From assembly GCA_950097015.1 (NCBI GenBank), contig CATNEN010000039.1, positions 18,414,001-18,478,000 on the forward strand: a DNA stretch of 64,000 bases, given 5' to 3'. Shown here piece by piece: positions 27,974 to 40,450 of this stretch. The notes under the pieces are model-generated. The model was not told the DNA's origin. It was given only the letters and a program-made list of their open reading frames with translations, and did not search any database. A program made the position numbers and the translations under genes. This stretch comes from Macrostomum hystrix (lineage: Eukaryota; Animalia; Platyhelminthes). Positions within the stretch are counted from its first letter, which is position 1, and every line of letters starts with the position of its first letter.

Positions 27974-28474
27974 TTATGGAGCATTTTGACGACCAAGTAT
28001 CGTGACGATTTGTCCTCGACCAGATCCCGACAACGCATGTTCATCGTCGTCCTGCTCCTCCTCCTTCTCCGTCAGGGGAGTCAGCTGACGACGCAGCCAT
28101 TCCGGCCGCCGCTGCTTCGACGCGTCCTCCGTCTCCTTGACGGAACTTCTAGCGGTCGAAACCTCGCTGTCAACCGGTTGTTGGCCTGTTGCAGATGCCA
28201 GATCTTCGTGACGTTGAATGCCTCGAGCGTTCAGCCAGTCATCGACTGTGGGCGTCACCGCCAGGAGCTCCGCCCAGTCCATCACCAAGCAGGCCATGCG
28301 CCGATGGCACAGTATCTTTGCTCTATCAGCCGAAGCCTGAATCTCGTCCAGCAGAAGCTCTTTGGCCCGCTGAAGACTGCGGTTTTTGGCCAGGGTCCGG
28401 GCTAGCGTGCTGGCAGCCCGACGAGCTGCCGCTTGACGCTGCTGCTGCTGTTGCTTCAGCTGCTGTTGTTGCAT
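27974..28474 (-). CDS. Hypothetical protein (166 aa, poly-Q N-terminus, acidic C-terminal patch)
   Basis: GC-rich non-repetitive ORF in AT-rich flanks, true ATG preceded by a TTTAG acceptor-like site; no recognisable domain. Confidence 0.5.
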   Translation of the reverse strand: MQQQQLKQQQQQRQAAARRAASTLARTLAKNRSLQRAKELLLDEIQASADRAKILCHRRMACLVMDWAELLAVTPTVDDWLNARGIQRHEDLASATGQQPVDSEVSTARSSVKETEDASKQRRPEWLRRQLTPLTEKEEEQDDDEHALSGSGRGQIVTILGRQNAP

Positions 28475-28804
28475 TTCAGTTTTTCTAAATTAAACCGAAA
28501 AATACTCAAAAGAAGTGTGCAACGGTATTAATAATACTTACTGAAGAGGCAGTGTAGATTGCTTCACACCTATATAGAACCTGTTAAGCACCACACAATG
28601 GCTGTATTATAGTATTTTTTATTGCAGTTTTTTCATTTCTTCTGCTTAATTTACAGCAAGACAGAGTTTAATATTATTGTCGGCGGCATTATCAAAAGAA
28701 ATGTCCAAGAATGGCGGCTGGAAGTGTTAGCGAAAAGAATTTACTGCATGCAATATAATTATTTTTGTGTGCATCTATCCATTGCATGAAATGATTATAT
28801 CATT

Positions 28805-28881
28805 CTATCTATGTATCTATCTATCTATCTATCCATCTATCTGTCTACCGATCTATCTATCTATCTATCTATCTATCTAGA

Positions 28882-28913
<32 letters not shown>

Positions 28914-28946
28914 GTCTATATGTCTATCTATATATCTATCTATCTG

Positions 28947-28978
<32 letters not shown>

Positions 28979-29040
28979 GAATCTATCTATCTATCTATCT
29001 AGAATCTATCTATCTATCTATTTATCCATCTATCTATCTA
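28805..29040. repeat. (CTAT)n microsatellite
   Basis: Direct reading. Confidence 0.95.
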
Positions 29041-29683
29041 TTTAAATAAACTTTTTAACTAGTGAGCTGACAAATTGCGTATAGAACCAGTTGAATAAGC
29101 CCGTGAGTGACAGGAAATCAGTAGGGAAAATGTTCGTATATTTACGAGTACATGCATTCTTCTTTATCCCATTCTAATACTCTGCAATTATTTGTGTTTT
29201 TGTCTCTCCGTCTCGTGTGACAGGCGCGATTCCGATTAAACTGTTGCGAGACAGCCCAACTGACGAAGATGATGAAAAATTCTTCCCACCGACAACACAC
29301 AGAGAAGGAGAAAAATTGTTGAGATCGCATCGTTAATTCAGTGCCGCAGTGAGAGCACCAGTTGTCACGCATGCTAGAATGGAGTGGGAGCGAGAAAGCA
29401 ACAAAAAGAGAATAAAAATGATCCGCTTTGCATTCTCCCAATAAACAAAACGGGATGGATTCCCATAAATGATTCCTAATTGGGCCCCGGATCATTTTCG
29501 GCGACACTATCACAGGTGAATCCCATTCGCAAGGCAGCCAATGAGGGCGCAGGAGAAATGCAGAACTCCTCATTTGACTTCCTTAACGATCTGCTTTGAG
29601 TGTTTTGTTCTACAGCCAAAAGCAGAAATTGCATTGTCGACTCTGTCAAAGTGAGCAGAGATTGCGAGCACTTTACTGACCGC

Positions 29684-32600
29684 ATGGCCTCTACTAGCGC
29701 AACAGGTACGGATTCGCCGGTTGAGCCAGTTACTGACGATCCGAAGGCCATCACCTTTGATGATGCGACCTGGATTCTGGCTTCTACCTTTGTCATCTTC
29801 ACAATGCAGTCCGGTGAGCAAGTTGGAAAATGTGGTTTTTTGTAGTAATGAAGTGATATTTGTGAAGTGACTACCCGTTCTAATAGAGATCAACCAACTC
29901 GAGTCAGGCGGCTCCAATCTGAAGCCGGGTTAGATTCCAAAATAGATAGCGTAGTAGGCAATCTATTAACAAAGATTGCCTACAAAGGGGTCTGTCGCTA
30001 AAAATAGAAACTGACGTCAGATAAAACAAGGCAGCACACCCATAACAAAGGGTCTGTCGCTAAAAATAGAAACTGACGTCAGATAAAACAAGGCAGCAGA
30101 CCCACAACAAAGGGGTCTGTCGCTAAAAATAGAAACTGACGTCAGATAAACAAGGCAGCAGACCCATAGTGAAGTATAGCATGTCTAGTCCGTAGAAACA
30201 TTGACTAGAAAGGCAGATTACTCCTAGTCCTAGGCTGCAAAGGACAAAGCTAAGTTACAAACTAGCGACTCACCTCATTTGTGTAGGATCAGGATGTAAT
30301 GATATTCAGTATAAAGCTGAATTTCTGTAAGAAAAAATGGATTTCTGTAGCATAGATTATAATGGAGTACGATTTCTTTATAAGTGTAGCGGGATTTCTA
30401 CAGGATTAGGCGGGATATAGGGATGTTTTAGCGGGTTTTTTTATAACTGTCACAAAGGCAATAAATGCGAAAACTGTCTAGTAATACACAAGCAGGCAAC
30501 ATTTCTTCACACCACGATTTCCGAGTTTCCTCTTGAAGACATCGAAATTTCTGTTGCTGAGGCAGATTAAATTTCGAAATTTATAGAATTAATTTCACCT
30601 GTCTGAAAATCAATTTATAAGCATCAGAGCCACAGCAAAGTGACATGTTAGTCCTAACAGGAAATCATGAATAAGAATTGAATTATTTGATTTGACGCGT
30701 GAATCATTGAATCCTTTGCTGGTCTTACGAAAGATTTTGAAATTTTATCGATCAGTATGAGGCTGATAATTCTCGGATATTCTAAAAATCCCTGCTGCCA
30801 GCGAGTAGGCAATTCTGCCAATTTCCGCTGACTCTTGAGCAAAAACTCACACAACTCAAACTCGACTCAAACTGAACTCAAACTGAACTCAAACTGAACT
30901 CAAATTAGACTCAAAATCAACACAAGCCCAATTCAAATCAACTCAAATAGGACTCAAACTTAACTTAAATTAGACTCAATCTCAACTCAAATTAGACTCA
31001 AACTCAACGTCAGTTCAACTCAAATAAGACTAAAACTTAAATTAGGCTCAAAATAAACTAAAAGTCGACTCAAACTAAACTCTATCTCAACTTAAACTGA
31101 ACTCAAACTCTACTCAAACTCAACTCAATCTCAACTCAAATTAGACTCAAACTCTACTCAAACTCAACTCAAATTTGACTCAAATTCAACTTAATATCAA
31201 ACTCAACTCAAACTCAACTCAAGCTCAAACTCGAACTCAAACTCAAGGCTTCGGCCTGCTCGAGTCCGGCTGTGTCAACCCTCGAAACGAAGTCAACATC
31301 ATGGTCAAGAATGTGGTGGATGTGATCTTCGGCGGCCTGACCTACTGGATGTTTGGCTACGCCTTCTCGTTCGGGACCGCGCCGGGAAATAATCCTTTCA
31401 TCGGCTGGGGCGACTTCTGCATCGACGCCAGCCCGGACGAGATGGGCCAGAAGTTCACAACGTTCATTTTCCAGATGAGCTTTGCCACCACGGCCACGAC
31501 TATTGTGTCCGGAGCGATGGCCGAGAGAACAAAACTCACCGCCTATATTGTGTTCTCACTGCTCAACACTGTCATCTATTGTATTCCGGCTCATTGGGTC
31601 TGGGGTAAAAAGGTTCGAATGAATGAACCAAAGTGCCAGAGCTAGAATCGCAGCAGAGAATCAAGGCTAAAATCGCAGCAGATAATTGTACTTAGAATCG
31701 AAACAGAGAATCGTAGCTAGAATCGCAGCAGACAATCGTAGCTAGAATCGCAGCAGAGAATCGTAGCTAGAATCGCAGCAGAGAATCGTAGCTAGAATCG
31801 CAGCAGAGAATCAAGGCTAAAATCGCAGCAGAGAATCAAGGCTAAAATCGCAGCAGAGAATCGTAGCTAGAATCGCAGCAGAGAATCGTAGCTAGAATCG
31901 CAGCAGAGAATCGTAGCTAGAATCGCAGCAGAGAATCAAGGCTAAAATCGCAGCAGAGAATCGTAGCTAGAATCGCAGCAGAGAATCGTAGCTAGAATCG
32001 CAGCAGAGAATCAAGGCTAAAATCGCAGCAGAGAATCGTAGCTAGAATCGCAGCAGAGAATCGTAGCTAGAATCGCAGCAGAGAATCAAGGCTAAAATCG
32101 CAGCAGAGAATCGTAGCTAGAATCGCAGCAGAGAATCGCAGCTATAGAATCGCAGCAGAGAATCGTAACTAGAATCGCAGCAGAGAATCGTAGCTAGAAT
32201 CGCAGCAGAGAATCGTAGCTAGAATCGCAGCAGAGAATCGTAGCTAGAATCGCAGCAGAGAATCGTAGCTAGAATCGCAGCAGAGAATCAAGGCTAAAAT
32301 CGCAGCAGAGAATCGTAGCTAGAATCGCAGCAGAGAATCGTAGCTAGAATCGCAGCAGAGAATCAAGGCTAAAATCGCAGCAGAGAATCGTAGCTAGAAT
32401 CGCAGCAGAGAATCGCAGCTATAGAATCGCAGCAGAGAATCGTAACTAGAATCGCAGCAGAGAATCGTAGCTAGAATCGCAGCAGAGAATCGTAGCTAGA
32501 ATCGCAGCAGAGAATCGTAGCTAGAATCGCAGCAGAGAATCGTAGCTAGAATCGCAGCAGAGAATCGTAGCTAGAATCGCAGCAGAGAATCGCAGCTATA

Positions 32601-35600
32601 GAATCGCAGCAGATAATCGAAGCTAGGAACGCAGCAGAGAATCGTAGCTACATGTATAATCGCAGCAAGAGCTGTACCCAGAATAGCAGCAGGAGCTGTA
32701 CCCAGAATCGCAGCAGGAGCTGTACCCAGAATCGCAGCAGGAGCTGTACCCAGAATCACATGCTTTTTTCAATTCTAAAGGGTTTCCTCAACGACCTCGG
32801 AGTTGTGGACATTGCCGGCGTCGGGCCTGTCCACGTGCTCGGCGGCGTCACCGGTCTAGTTGCCACGCTGCTGTTGAAACCGAGGACTGGCCGGTTCGGC
32901 GACAGCGGCACCGGCGGCGACCACCCGGCACCACAGATGGGCTGCCCAACTAATGTACTTCTGGGCCTGTTCATGCTGTGGTAAGGGACAGGAGGATAAC
33001 ATGGAACTTCTGTGTGAAGGAAGCAGTTTTTCTGTAAGATAATGAGGGATTTCTGTAGGATAATGGGGATTTTCGTAGGCTAATGTTGGATTTCTGTAGG
33101 ATATTGTGGGATTCCTGTTGGATAATGAGGGATTTCTGTAGGATAATGAGGGATTTCTGTAGGATAATGTGGGATTTCTGTAGGATAATGAGGGATTTCT
33201 GTAGGATAATGTGGGATTTCTGTAGGATAATGAGGGATTTCTGTAGGATAATGAGGGATTTCTGTAGGATAATGAGGGATTTCTGTAGGATAATGAGGGA
33301 TTTCTGTGGGATAAATTCGGATGAATTAGGTTTTCCTTAAGACAGTAGAGGGATTTGTGCAGGAATAAGAGGGATAAAGGGGATGTAGGCTATGCTGTTA
33401 CTGCTGTGGTAAGTGACTAGTTATCGAGTAACTGGAAAATGCATCTGTCATCGGCATCCAAGTCGCCTGTCCGAACTCTGAATAAGGTGGGGCTGGCTCG
33501 GATTCAACTGCGGCAGCACCTTCGGCATTCGCGGTGGCAAATGGAAGCTGGCTGCGAGATCGGCTGTCACCACCATCTTGTCTTCTGTTGGCGGCGGCTT
33601 GTCAAGCTTAGGCCTGACGTGAGTACAGCCAAAGGCTGAAAACTGTACTGAAAATACACTAAACAGATAGGAACACTGATGCATTGGAACCAGCTAGTCA
33701 GCCAGCCTTCATTGGTCCGGAAAATTGTAGTTTTGTCGTGGAGTAGTCAAGATTCACAGAACTATGGTACAGCTCTGACACGTTACAGATGAAAAAACTG
33801 ATTTTTTGGCTATTTGTCACATAGGTATTTAATTTCTAATTGTAGATTTGCCATTTGTCGGGGAAAATTTGACATTGCCGACATAGTTAACGGTGTGCTT
33901 GGAGGATTAGTCTCAATTACAGGTAAGCCACGAGAGATTATTAACCTAAAAGTCTTATAAATTGCTGGAATTATCTCGCTCACTCACTCCCCAATTACCC
34001 TTCCCTCACTCCTCAACTATCCCTCCTCCACTCCTCAATTATCCCTCCTCCACTCCTCAATTATCCCTCCTCCACTCCTCAATTATCCCTCCTCCACTCC
34101 TTAATTATCCCTCCTCCACTCCTCAATTATCCCTTCCCTCACTCCTCAATTATCCCTTCCCTCACTCCTCAATTATCCCTCCTCCACTCCTCAATTACCC
34201 TTTCTCCACTCATTAATTATCCCTTCCCTCACTCCTCAATTATCCCTCCTCCACTCCTCAATTATCCCTTCCCTCACTCCTCAATTATCCCTCCTCCACT
34301 CCTCAATTACCCTTTCTCCACTCATTAATTATCCCTTCCCTCACTCCTCAATTATCCCTCCTCCACTCCTCAATTATCCCTTCCCTCACTCCTCAATTAT
34401 CCCTTCCCTCACTCCTCAATTATCCCTCCTCCGCTACCCCAAATATCCCTCCGCCGCTACCCCAAATTATCCCTACTCCGCTACCCCAAATATCCCTCCT
34501 CCGCTAACACAAATTATCTCTCCTCCGCTACCACAAATTATCCCTCCTCCGCTACCACAAATTATCCCTCCTCCGCTACCACAAATTATCCCTCCTCCGC
34601 TACCCCAAATTATCCCTCCTCCGCTACCCCAAATTATCCCTCCTCGGCTACCCCAAATTATCCCTCCTCCGCTACCCCAAATTACCCATCCCTCTGTCTA
34701 TCTATCTATTATACTAAAAAATTGCTTCAAGGAATGTGCGCCCTCGCCCATCCGTGGGAGTCTCTGCTCATCGGCTTCATCGCCGGCTTCTTCACCACCG
34801 GAGCCACCCGGCTAATTGCCCGACTGCGCATCGACGACCCGGTGGGTGTCATCCCGGTCCACATGGTCTGCGGTTTCTGGGGCCTGCTTGCTACCGGCCT
34901 GTTTGTTGACAAGGTCTGGGCTCTCTCTTTCACTGAGTCATTGACAGGAGACGATAAAATTCTTTTGACAGACCTGGTTTTCAACGATTTAAGGGGAGTG
35001 AAGGAGAGATAAGGGGAGTGAAGGAGAGATAAGGGGAGTGAGGGAGAGATAAGGGGAGTGAGGGAGAGATAAGGAGAGTGAAGGAGAGATAAGGGGAGTG
35101 AGGGAGAGATAAGGGGAGTGAAGGAGAGATAAGGAGAATTGTTAGTCAAGCGGCAAATTTAACTGATAAAGTCCTTATTGACCCTATCTCAAAATTTCGT
35201 TCCGTCAGTCTCATATAATTGGTTTGAATATAGAACACCCGTGAACTCTCTATCTTGTATCACCTCATCACACGATTGCAATTTTGACAGGACGAATTGG
35301 AAAATTTGACAAAAGGCCGCTACGGCCTCTTCAAAGGTGGCGGCTTTTACCTATTGGGCATACAGGCCCTATCTGCTGTGTGCATTAGCGCCTGGGCTGT
35401 GGTCAACACACTGGCGCAACTACTGGTGAGACTGTTAGACAATCTGTTAGACGGAATTGAAACACCTTAGACAGAAGTGAAACATTCTTTTATTTAAACG
35501 TGTTAGACAAAAGAAAAACCTGTCAAAACATGTTAAAACCTGTTAAAACCTGTTAAAACCTGTTATCTCTAAAACATCACAGCTAATTCAACAACTAGTC

Positions 35601-35912
35601 GGCCTTCGAGTTAGCGTTGAAAATGAACTTCTAGGCGCAGACTTTTGTGAGCACAATATTACTCACCCCAGCTTAGCCGCCCTGCTTAAAGAGAACAATC
35701 AGCAGCAGCAGCAGCAGCAGCAGCCGCCAACAATTAGGGAGGAACCTGAAGGTCGCACCGCTCTGGGCTTGCGTCGTCGAACTGTCGTTGACGACCTGGC
35801 TGAACAGTCGGCAGTAACCGAGCCGCAGGTGTCGGAGAATGAGATCGAATTGAAGGAGAACGCTGCTCAAATTGACTCTGGCGTGTCGAATGGCGGCTTC
35901 ACGGCTGCTTGA
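29684..35912 (+). CDS. amt: Ammonium transporter, Amt family (about 516 aa, 8 exons)
   Basis: Exons 29684-29813, 31248-31612, 32781-32980, 33487-33618, 33846-33922, 34732-34913, 35291-35425, 35583-35912; phases consistent. Motifs [86 protein letters not shown]; both pore histidines present. Confidence 0.95.
29986..30168. repeat. Three about 62-bp direct repeats, each with TGACGTCA, in Amt intron 1
   Basis: GGGTCTGTCGCTAAAAATAGAAACTGACGTCAGATAAA.. three times. Confidence 0.92.
30850..31247. repeat. Degenerate ACTCAA repeat running up to the acceptor of Amt exon 2
   Basis: AACTCA/AACTCAAACTC units ending ACTCAAG|G. Confidence 0.88.
31640..32760. repeat. 25-bp GAATCGCAGCA minisatellite, Amt intron 2
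   Basis: Same unit as 16337-17247, changing to a 24-bp variant at the 3' end. Confidence 0.96.
33030..33310. repeat. 21-bp minisatellite, Amt intron 3
   Basis: GGATAATGAGGGATTTCTGTA units. Confidence 0.93.
33985..34690. repeat. About 22-bp C-rich minisatellite, Amt intron 5
   Basis: AATTATCCCTCCTCCACTCCTC then AATTATCCCTCCTCCGCTACCCCA units. Confidence 0.93.
34990..35135. repeat. 20-bp purine-rich repeat, Amt intron 6
   Basis: AAGGGGAGTGAAGGAGAGAT, about 7 copies. Confidence 0.92.
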
Positions 35913-36866
35913 CTCGAAAAAACACTCTTTGAACTGGGCGGCTGTTCAGTCTATGGACTGTGAGGACGCCACACCCATGACTTTAACTACCCCTGCTAAT
36001 GCTGGACTCACTTAATAGTAGAAAGATGACGCTACGGGGGAATTCAAATACCCACTGCTCACCTCACGAAATGCTGATATCATTGTTAAGAGCTTCGAAT
36101 TTTCTACCTAGAGGTCGGGAGTTCGTGTCAGCCCATATAGAAAGCAATCTGTATCCTTTAGCTTACTTAATTCAATGTCGCCATGACACCCAACGGAAAT
36201 TAAAATGCACTTTGGCGTAATACGTTTTGGCCATAGACAATATAAATTCCGATAAGTAATATCTAATGCAATTTTACATAAGTTCAGTACAGTGGCTAAA
36301 TTACTGAATAATAAGCGTAATAAAATGCTGTAGTTTAAAGAGACGAACGGCTAAAAAATATTTAACCTTCTCTATCATTTCTCATTGTGTTAAATCATTT
36401 TTCTTCAGTTACTAAATTTTCGTCTATAGCAAGTCTACTCAGAGTTTGCTGAGAATGTTAACTGCTTAGCGTTTTGCTACTATATTTAGTTTTTTTCAAC
36501 GCCGTTAAGTGTACTCATGGCGAGTGTACACTTTGCGTTGCCATGACAACTAATGCGACAACAGATAGACTCATTGGTACGCAGTACAGCAGCAGTACTC
36601 AGCAGGTACTGGTAGGGGAGTGAGGGAGTGAGGGAGTTAGATAGACAATTGTAGCTATAAAAAAAGTACTGAGAACGGTCCGTGCAAAATTTCTGTCCTA
36701 AAAGCTAGACTTTGGTTTCTAAAGAGCTGCTGAAAGTGCAAAGCAATTTACTCGTAAAAAAGACTAATTTCTCAACTCGGTTACACCATTAGTTTAAACG
36801 TTGACCCGACAAAGAAAAAAAAATCGGAGTCCAAAACGAAATATCTCGAACAACTTTGTGAGAAGC

Positions 36867-38083
36867 ATGACTGTCAAATTTGAAGTAATCGCAGGTAAGA
36901 TTTTTCTGCTGAGTTTTACTACATAATCTCTGGTATAGACAAATCAAAATATATTAGACAGAATTTACCTATGTTCGGCAGAATCTAGACATGTTAGAAA
37001 AATAAATAAATGTTATACGGGATCGGAAAATGTTAGACATCGTTTTAAAATGCTAAAAGCGGAATATACTCGTCAGTAAAATAGCTTCAGTTTTCAAAAG
37101 GAAAGAGCTCTCGCTACAAACTTATTAATATTTTCTACTTCAGTGGTGTTCACAGCTCTGCTATGTCTCCTCTGTCCACCACTCGATGCTGTAACATGTT
37201 ACGCTTGCAACGGCCAGTGTTCACCCTTCTCGCCAACAGATTCAAATGTTACAACAACCGTCGGGTGTAGTTCATGCCAGGTGAGGTAACTGAATCTATC
37301 TAAAATCATGAAATCTTAAATATTTTTAAGAAATCTTAAATATCCTATCAAATATATCTAATTAGTAATAATACTTGCAGGAGGACTGCAGGCAAGGGTA
37401 CATTATTTGGTGACACTAGACCCGAAGCCAGCGAGGAGGCAATTCTGCCCATTTCGCTGACTCCTGAGCACACACTCACATCTGCCCTGACTTTCTTATA
37501 ATCGTCAGGCAGCATACACTTTCGCTGTTCCATGGAGGTTGTCCCTCAAGGGCGTAAATTGCACGACTAGACCCCAAGCCTTCTCTCCGCGGCTGCGCCC
37601 CAAATAAATGTGGCTTCACCACGGAATTGAGCTTAATCAGGGATCTGAATGCGAGAGACAAATGCGTTAACTGCTTTGCACTCATATGGTTATAAAGTTT
37701 TAGATGTCTACAGAATAAAAGTGCTGTTTAATATTGCTATTTAAAGGGTATTCAAATGGTAAAAGTGATTTAAACTCTCACTAATTAAAACTCTACTATT
37801 CGGCTCTCCACAGTACGTCGTAGCCTACGGTGGCTTTGGCGATCTGTCCAGCATTGAGGACGTTGGAATGCCATTGTGCTCCAATACGCAGTGCTCAAAC
37901 GGCGACGAAGACGCCTATTCGTTCCAGTACGTTTTGAACTCATACGTGTACACAATGCCCGCTTATTCAACCTGCTGCAATAGCGACCTGTGCAACAATG
38001 TCTCTGGGGCGGAGTCAGCTGCTGCGCCATTGATGTGGCTGCTAGCTGGCTCAGTAGCACTTGTGGCTACGGTTCGCTGTTAG
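36867..38083 (+). CDS. Ly6/uPAR (three-finger, quiver/sleepless-like) protein, predicted secreted and GPI-anchored (144 aa)
   Basis: Exons 36867-36894, 37144-37280, 37814-38083. Signal peptide, mature start VTCYAC, 10 Cys ending CCNSDLCN, small-residue omega region and hydrophobic tail. Confidence 0.88.
37385..37690 (-). mobile_element. tRNA-derived SINE family A, near full-length copy in Ly6 intron 2
   Basis: Reverse complement aligns over about 300 bp with 43705-44045 (shared CATGGAACAGCGAAAGTGTATGCTGCCTGAC, AAGTCAGGGCAGATGT, GGGTCTAGTGTCACC); further fragment at about 30790-30850. Confidence 0.8.
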
Positions 38084-40450
38084 ATAACTAAGGCCGTTGG
38101 ACCCTTAATTATTCTGCGATAAAAAATGTTTTTCTAGAATTTTCAAGTTTTGCAAGAGTTTTTTCTTGCGTCCTTTGTACGAGAAAAGCAACAACTCAAC
38201 TTTCTTAACCAATTAAAATATTCTACGATCGTATGATGCGCAAAAAAGTACATACATGTCGCTCCATCATAATTATTCCACTAAAACAAAATATTGCTAT
38301 AAGAACACCGGAAAATCCTAAACTAAAACGCCAGTTTTTGTATCATTGAAAGACTAAAATACTGCTTTAACGCGACCAGAATTACTCTATACGTTTTTAC
38401 TACTAAGCTTAAAAGTAAAGCTTTCCTCAATTATCACTGAATCTCCTGGAAAATATCATATCTAAAAGTTTATTAGCATTTACGCGACTGAATTGTTATT
38501 TTCAATTCCGGGTTTTGTTTTTTATGTTGACGAGCTTTAAAACACGATATATCTTATAAAAGTGCGCTCGGTAATTATTCTCTAACTTGTAAGATGATTC
38601 TTTCTGCACAGAAAAACATATGTACCAGCTAAAATATCAGTTCATGACAAAAGTAGTGACAGATTTTTTAAACTGCCAATTTTATATTTTCAAAATTTCC
38701 GTTTTTTACGAAATAACGGGCGGACAAGGGTCCTCTAAATGTGAACATCTTTTTTTTTCACTATAATAGGCATTTAACGAGTTGTCTTTTTGATTGATAT
38801 AATGTGCATGGGCTACATACCTACATTATCGCACCGTGATTAAGCGTCGCTAGTTTGAAAGACAATAGATAATTATAGTAAATTAGAGATTCAAGCTTTA
38901 TTTGAGCTTGCTAATGTTATGAAGCAATTACGCTTTGTTATGATACCTTATGGTATGTACGAGCCGTAGTTATGGTAGATTTCTAAATATCGATTATGTA
39001 GGTTCACGGCTCGTTTATCATTATTTTAGCGAAGAAATAGACGAATTAGGAGACTACCAATGGCGACGCGTATTGACATGCAGAGTAAAAGAGACGCTAA
39101 TTGAGCCAACGAGAAGCTGGCACAATGAACGAATAGAAAGAAATCACGGCGGGGCACCAGAAAAATATAGCGAAAATAAAAAACGCAATCTAAGCATTGG
39201 TTGCAGGACATACAGGGACGAACACATATGAACAGTGGGCGTGAGGCAAACGGACGAACTTAAGGAGAGAATATTATCTCTCATAATGTCCTCTCCCTAA
39301 CGACCCCGGCCGGATGATTTTTTGACGCTGGATGATGGCAGGCGTTGCTGTAAACGATCCCAGGATCCATCGAAATCATCATCACTAACATCGCCAACAA
39401 AAGCAAAAACAGCAGCGGCAAGCAGAAGCCTTGAAATCCTTTACATCATGAACAGCCTTACAGGACATTGCATTGCTTCCAGCTCCACAGGGCTCCAGCG
39501 ATGCAGGTACAAACGGGCGGACAAACGGATTCGTACGCAATGTTATCATTGCTGAGTAGAATGTATGAAATAAAGTCGTCAGAGAGTCGCCAGGTTAGCT
39601 GTGGGGCCTCCCCTTACAGTGCTTTGATGCTGAAATCTGATGCAAGCACATTGCCAGCAAGGAGCCGTAAGACAGCCTTAGCCAGCTGGTTGCCTTATGC
39701 AGTATACGTTAAGAGATTATAGCTCCAGCCATGCAATGCAAGAACCGACTAGTATAGTTTGCTTTAGCACTAAAGTTACTTTAGTACTTTAGTAGTCCAT
39801 TGCGAAGCTCATGAAGTTGTTATTGACTTATTATTTATCATAGCGCGCGCCCACCGAGCTGGGAGAAATTGGGCTGCAATTAAATTAGACTGCCGAGCCG
39901 ATTTAAATAGCACTACTAAAGCAAAAAACTCACAGAAACCTGGAAAATGTGGAACCGACATTTTGGAGAAATTTGCGAGATTTGGATCTGACACTTGAAT
40001 TAGCAAAGATGATATAATAACAGGATATATGTTATATTTTTAATATTATCTTTGCTTTCGTGAAATTGATCTTTTTCATTTAAAAATGGGCGTGAAAATA
40101 CATCGCTAAGTATGTATTTAAACAAGTTTAACGGTTATATTGCAATACATGGCATTCAAAAAAATATATGACACGATGGCTATTAAAGAACAAGCGAAAA
40201 TGAGGTTGTTATTAATTTATTGATAGCTGTTAACATTATGCTTTAGCTTAAGTCAAACGTTTAATAGGATTTCATTGAATTAATAAGTTATTGTCATTTG
40301 TTTTTTTAACTGTACAAGTACAACCAGAAGCAGCCCACTACTGTGTACTTAGGGATAAGAGAATTCATAAGACAAAGGAGATATGTTGGTTTCTTTAAAA
40401 ATAAAAAAATTACTCAGACAGAATTAGGTCACTAAGGCTAGACTTTCAAA

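Noticed and set aside
39280-39720. GC-richer coding-like patch upstream of NHE
   Set aside because: Frames are interrupted by stops on both strands and no family is recognisable; cannot call an exon or pseudogene.
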